DNA of 20,762 nt from a virus. Taxonomy: Duplodnaviria; Heunggongvirae; Uroviricota; Caudoviricetes. The first letter of the stretch is position 1; every line of letters starts with the position of its first letter. The translations under genes and the position numbers were made by a program. The DNA is taken from the IMG/VR virus record IMGVR_UViG_2671180828_000006; one strand, given 5' to 3'. The notes beneath the pieces are model-generated. The model did not search any database. It was not told the DNA's origin and was given only the letters and a program-made list of their open reading frames with translations. This document shows positions 17,885-20,762 of this stretch, one piece after another.

Positions 17885-18228
17885 CAATGGATTATTCACA
17901 GTTAAGTGATTTTGAAATTAACAGAATGGTAGGAGACATAATTTTTAAAGGACTTTGGGCAAGTAAACCGGAAACATCAGGGAATGACACCAACAAATGG
18001 TATTACGGAAATGCTGATACAACTTTTGAGCCATTAAATCATTTGCCTGACTACTGCAATGATCCGAGCGCTTCATGGCCGATTATTGAGAAATACAGGA
18101 TTTCTATCTTAGACCAGTTAACTGAATGGTGTGTGGATGCAAAAGGCGTAAGCCCAATATTTGATACCAGACCTCTCCGCGCCGCCATGATTGTCTTTCT
18201 CCTGATGCAGGAGGCCAATAATGCTTAG
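17881..18228 (+). CDS. Nin-region hypothetical protein, ~115 aa; ATG overlaps the ninE stop (ATGA)
   Basis: Track ORF 17845..18228 (TTG/GTG-extended); [86 protein letters not shown]... Confidence 0.55.
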   Translation: MTMDYSQLSDFEINRMVGDIIFKGLWASKPETSGNDTNKWYYGNADTTFEPLNHLPDYCNDPSASWPIIEKYRISILDQLTEWCVDAKGVSPIFDTRPLRAAMIVFLLMQEANNA

Positions 18229-18309
18229 CCTATCTCAATCCCTTCAATACCTGAAAGGAAGTATAGAGCGGGCTTCAATGTGCACAGAGTGGATTCTATC
18301 TAGGTTTAG

Positions 18310-18438
18310 CGCATACAGAAGATTGCCGGTAAAGGGCATGCCAAGCAAGTCGATGCTGCATATGCAAAAGAATACGCGCTGGAAGGTATGGCGAGAACAC
18401 AGGTTATCTGGCTGAAAGAGGGGGTTATTAAGGCGTGA
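18310..18438 (+). pseudogene. 3' remnant of a ybcO-like (DUF1364) gene: ~42 C-terminal codons with no start codon, ending at the rusA start
   Basis: Frame reading ...[38 protein letters not shown] matches the YbcO C-terminus from recall; preceded by an in-frame TAG and lacking the N-terminal ~55 codons. Confidence 0.4.
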
Positions 18439-18797
18439 ATACCTACAGCATCACATTACCCTGGCCTCCGAGCAATAATCGCTATTACCGCCATAATCGC
18501 GGGCGCACGCACGTCAGCGCAGAGGGGCAGGCATACCGCGATAACGTCGCCCGAATCATTAAAAACGCAATGCTGGATATCGGCCTGGCTATGCCTGTGA
18601 AAATCCGCATTGAGTGCCACATGCCGGATCGCCGTCGCCGTGACCTGGATAATCTGCAAAAAGCCGCTTTTGACGCACTCACTAAAGCAGGTTTCTGGCT
18701 GGATGATGCTCAGGTCGTTGATTACCGCGTTGTGAAGATGCCTGTTACCAAAGGTGGGAGGCTGGAACTGACCATCACCGAAATGGGGAATGAATGA
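18435..18797 (+). CDS. rusA: RusA Holliday-junction resolvase, 120 aa, GTG start
   Basis: [120 protein letters not shown]. Confidence 0.9.
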   Translation: MNTYSITLPWPPSNNRYYRHNRGRTHVSAEGQAYRDNVARIIKNAMLDIGLAMPVKIRIECHMPDRRRRDLDNLQKAAFDALTKAGFWLDDAQVVDYRVVKMPVTKGGRLELTITEMGNE

Positions 18798-18938
18798 TGT
18801 TTGAGTTTAATATGGCAGAACTTCTTCGCCACCGCTGGGGGCGTCTGCGCTTATATCGTTTCCCCGGTTCTGTTTTGACCGATTACCGAATACTGAAGAA
18901 TTACGCCAAAACACTGACAGGAGCAGGAGTATGAAGTC
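18798..18938 (+). CDS. ylcG: Small ORF (46 aa), YlcG-like, directly after rusA
   Basis: Hand translation [46 protein letters not shown]; same position as in the DLP12 rusA-ylcG-quuD arrangement. Confidence 0.55.
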
Positions 18939-19019
18939 AGAGATAACAATCAACTAATACTGTTTTGTTGATTTTTGCTTGTAATTGGCGTTCTGGTCTG
19001 ATTTTTGTGGAGTAAGTTG

Positions 19020-19403
19020 ATGCGTGATATTCAGATGGTTCTTGAGCGTTGGGGAGCGTGGGCGGCTAATAATCATGAAGATGTGACCTGGTCGTCCATT
19101 GCCGCCGGTTTTAAGGGATTAATTACTTCAAAAGTAAAATCTCGCCCGCAATGTTGTGACGATGACGCGATGATCATTTGCGGGTGCATGGCCCGTCTGA
19201 AAAAGAACAACAGCGATTTGCACGATTTATTAGTAGATTATTATGTAGTCGGTATGACATTCATGTCACTGGCAGGTAAGCATTGCTGCTCTGATGGTTA
19301 TATCGGGAAAAGGTTACAGAAGGCTGAGGGCATAATTGAAGGGATGTTAATGGCATTAGATATCCGGTTAGAGATGGATATCGTTGTTAATAACTCTAAT
19401 TAA
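19020..19403 (+). CDS. quuD: Late-gene antiterminator Q, QuuD-type, 127 aa (ATG at 19020; track ORF starts at an upstream TTG)
   Basis: [71 protein letters not shown]...; position between rusA/ylcG and the porin gene as in DLP12. Confidence 0.75.
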   Translation: MRDIQMVLERWGAWAANNHEDVTWSSIAAGFKGLITSKVKSRPQCCDDDAMIICGCMARLKKNNSDLHDLLVDYYVVGMTFMSLAGKHCCSDGYIGKRLQKAEGIIEGMLMALDIRLEMDIVVNNSN

Positions 19404-19426
19404 TACGCCAATTATTTACTAAAAGT

Positions 19427-19454
19427 TATTAAAAATGGGGCGTTGAAACGCCCC
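19427..19454 (-). terminator. Intrinsic terminator for the leftward porin transcript (GGGGCG/CGCCCC stem followed by AUUUUU on the minus-strand RNA)
   Basis: + strand 'ttattaaaaatggggcgttgaaacgcccc'. Confidence 0.55.
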
Positions 19455-19542
19455 CAAAAATAAAGGGTAATATATAACAGAAGGTTTGTATAGTTAGAAG
19501 CAAGGTTGTGCTTCTAAAGGAAGTGGCTTGAGGGAGCCACTT

Positions 19543-19583
19543 ATATGTTGGGGAGGCAAAGCCTCCCACAACATATCTTTTAG
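19543..19583 (+). terminator. tR'-like terminator hairpin for the short late leader transcript (long stem followed by CUUUU)
   Basis: 'atatgttggggaggcaaagcctcccacaacatat' + 'cttttag', ~140-180 nt downstream of the Q stop and just before the 3' end of the convergent porin gene. Confidence 0.5.
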
Positions 19584-19591
19584 TAATCAAA

Positions 19592-20674
19592 TTAGAACTG
19601 GTAAACCATACCTACAGCAACGATATCATCGGTAGCAACGCCAGATGCTTTCGTGAAATCGCTCTTATCAATCAGGTTGATTTTGTAGTCAACAAAAGTG
19701 GACATATTTTTGTTGAAGTAATAGGTTGCACCTACATCAACATATTCAACCAGGTCCTGATCACCCCAAACACCCAAGTCTTTTCCTTTAGAATGCAGGT
19801 AAGCAACGGATGGACGCAGGCCGAAGTCGAACTGATATTGTGCAACAGCTTCGAAGTTTTGTGCTTTGTTGGCAATATGGTTATTACCAAAAACAGTCAT
19901 GTTCTGGGTTTCAGAATAGGTGGTGGCCAGATAGATGTTGTTCGCATCATATTTCAGACCAGCTGCCCATACTTCAGCATTTTGACCAGAAGCATTCAGA
20001 CCGTTGTTACCGTAGATAACCTGATTATTAGTGCGATCAGATTTAGCATAGGTTGCACCCACGCCGAATCCTTCATACTCATAAGTAGTTGAGAAACCGA
20101 AACCATCGCCATTAGCTTCAGTTACTTCATTTCGGTCATTTTTGCCCTGATACTGAGCTGCAAAGTTCAGGCCATCAACCAGACCAAAGAAGTCGTTGTT
20201 ACGATAAGTTGCAACACCTGTGGTGCGACCAGTCATGAACACATCTGTTTGGGTCCAGGTATCGCCACCGAATTCTGGCAGAACGTCAGTCCACGCACCG
20301 ATGTCGTATGCTACACCGTAGTTACGGCCGTAATCGATTGAGCCGTAGTCACCGAATTTCAGGCCTGCAAATGCAAGACGGGTTTTGTCTTTGGAGGAAC
20401 CTTGAGATTCAGCGCGGTTGCCTTTGAATTCATATTCCCACTGACCGAAACCAGTCAGTTGATCGTTGATTTGGGTTTCACCTTTGAAGCCAAGACGGGC
20501 ATAAGTAGTATCACCATCATCTGCATCATTAGAGGAGAAGTAGTGCTTAGCATTAACTTTCCCGTACAGATCCAGCTTGTTACTGTCTTTATTATAAATT
20601 TCAGCTGCCTGAGCAGACATCGCCATCAGTACTGATGCAGCTACAGCAGAAATTGCCACTGTTAATTTTTTCAT
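19592..20674 (-). CDS. nmpC: Prophage-encoded outer-membrane general porin (OmpC/PhoE superfamily; NmpC/Lc-type), 360 aa, intact
   Basis: Signal peptide [23 protein letters not shown]|AEIYNKD..., porin motifs and the C-terminal ...VAVGMVYQF; located between Q and the expected lysis genes, transcribed opposite to the late operon. Confidence 0.85.
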   Translation of the reverse strand: MKKLTVAISAVAASVLMAMSAQAAEIYNKDSNKLDLYGKVNAKHYFSSNDADDGDTTYARLGFKGETQINDQLTGFGQWEYEFKGNRAESQGSSKDKTRLAFAGLKFGDYGSIDYGRNYGVAYDIGAWTDVLPEFGGDTWTQTDVFMTGRTTGVATYRNNDFFGLVDGLNFAAQYQGKNDRNEVTEANGDGFGFSTTYEYEGFGVGATYAKSDRTNNQVIYGNNGLNASGQNAEVWAAGLKYDANNIYLATTYSETQNMTVFGNNHIANKAQNFEAVAQYQFDFGLRPSVAYLHSKGKDLGVWGDQDLVEYVDVGATYYFNKNMSTFVDYKINLIDKSDFTKASGVATDDIVAVGMVYQF

Positions 20675-20762
20675 CGTGAGCCCTTTTTTTTGAACTATTA
20701 TTAAAAAATGATGTCACTGCGCGATAAATATTCATCTAATCAATGTGATTATTTCAAGATGT

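Noticed and set aside
18221-18415. 64-aa + strand ORF between the nin hypothetical gene and rusA
   Set aside because: It overlaps the ybcO-like remnant in a different frame and has no recognisable features; most likely a spurious frame across a recombination scar.
19793-20635. + strand ORFs (19793..20092, 19810..20019, 20402..20635) antisense to the porin gene
   Set aside because: Embedded antisense within a strongly supported porin gene.

Overview
The window holds the chromosomal ybhJ-ybhC region of an E. coli-type genome, preceded by a partial IS1, then the left ~16.5 kb of a lambdoid prophage integrated at the canonical lambda attachment site (attL about 4231-4330). The prophage is a mosaic. 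From int to ninB it is lambda-like: int, xis, exo/bet/gam, kil, cIII, ea10, ral, sieB, N, pL/OL, cI, OR/pR, cro, cII, O with ori, P, ren. From there it is DLP12-like: a Dam-type methyltransferase, ninE, rusA, ylcG, a QuuD-type Q antiterminator and an intact NmpC/Lc-type porin gene. Two non-lambda cargo loci stand out. The main candidate for an undescribed system is a ~345-aa single-transmembrane-helix protein sitting exactly where lambda carries rexA-rexB, downstream of cI. The second is an AT-rich multi-pass membrane protein gene on the opposite strand in the slot where lambda carries ea8.5/ea22. All homology calls come from recall of reference protein sequences and reading the six-frame track; no searches or computed statistics were run, and coordinates of sub-ORF starts and small motifs may be off by 1-2 nt.
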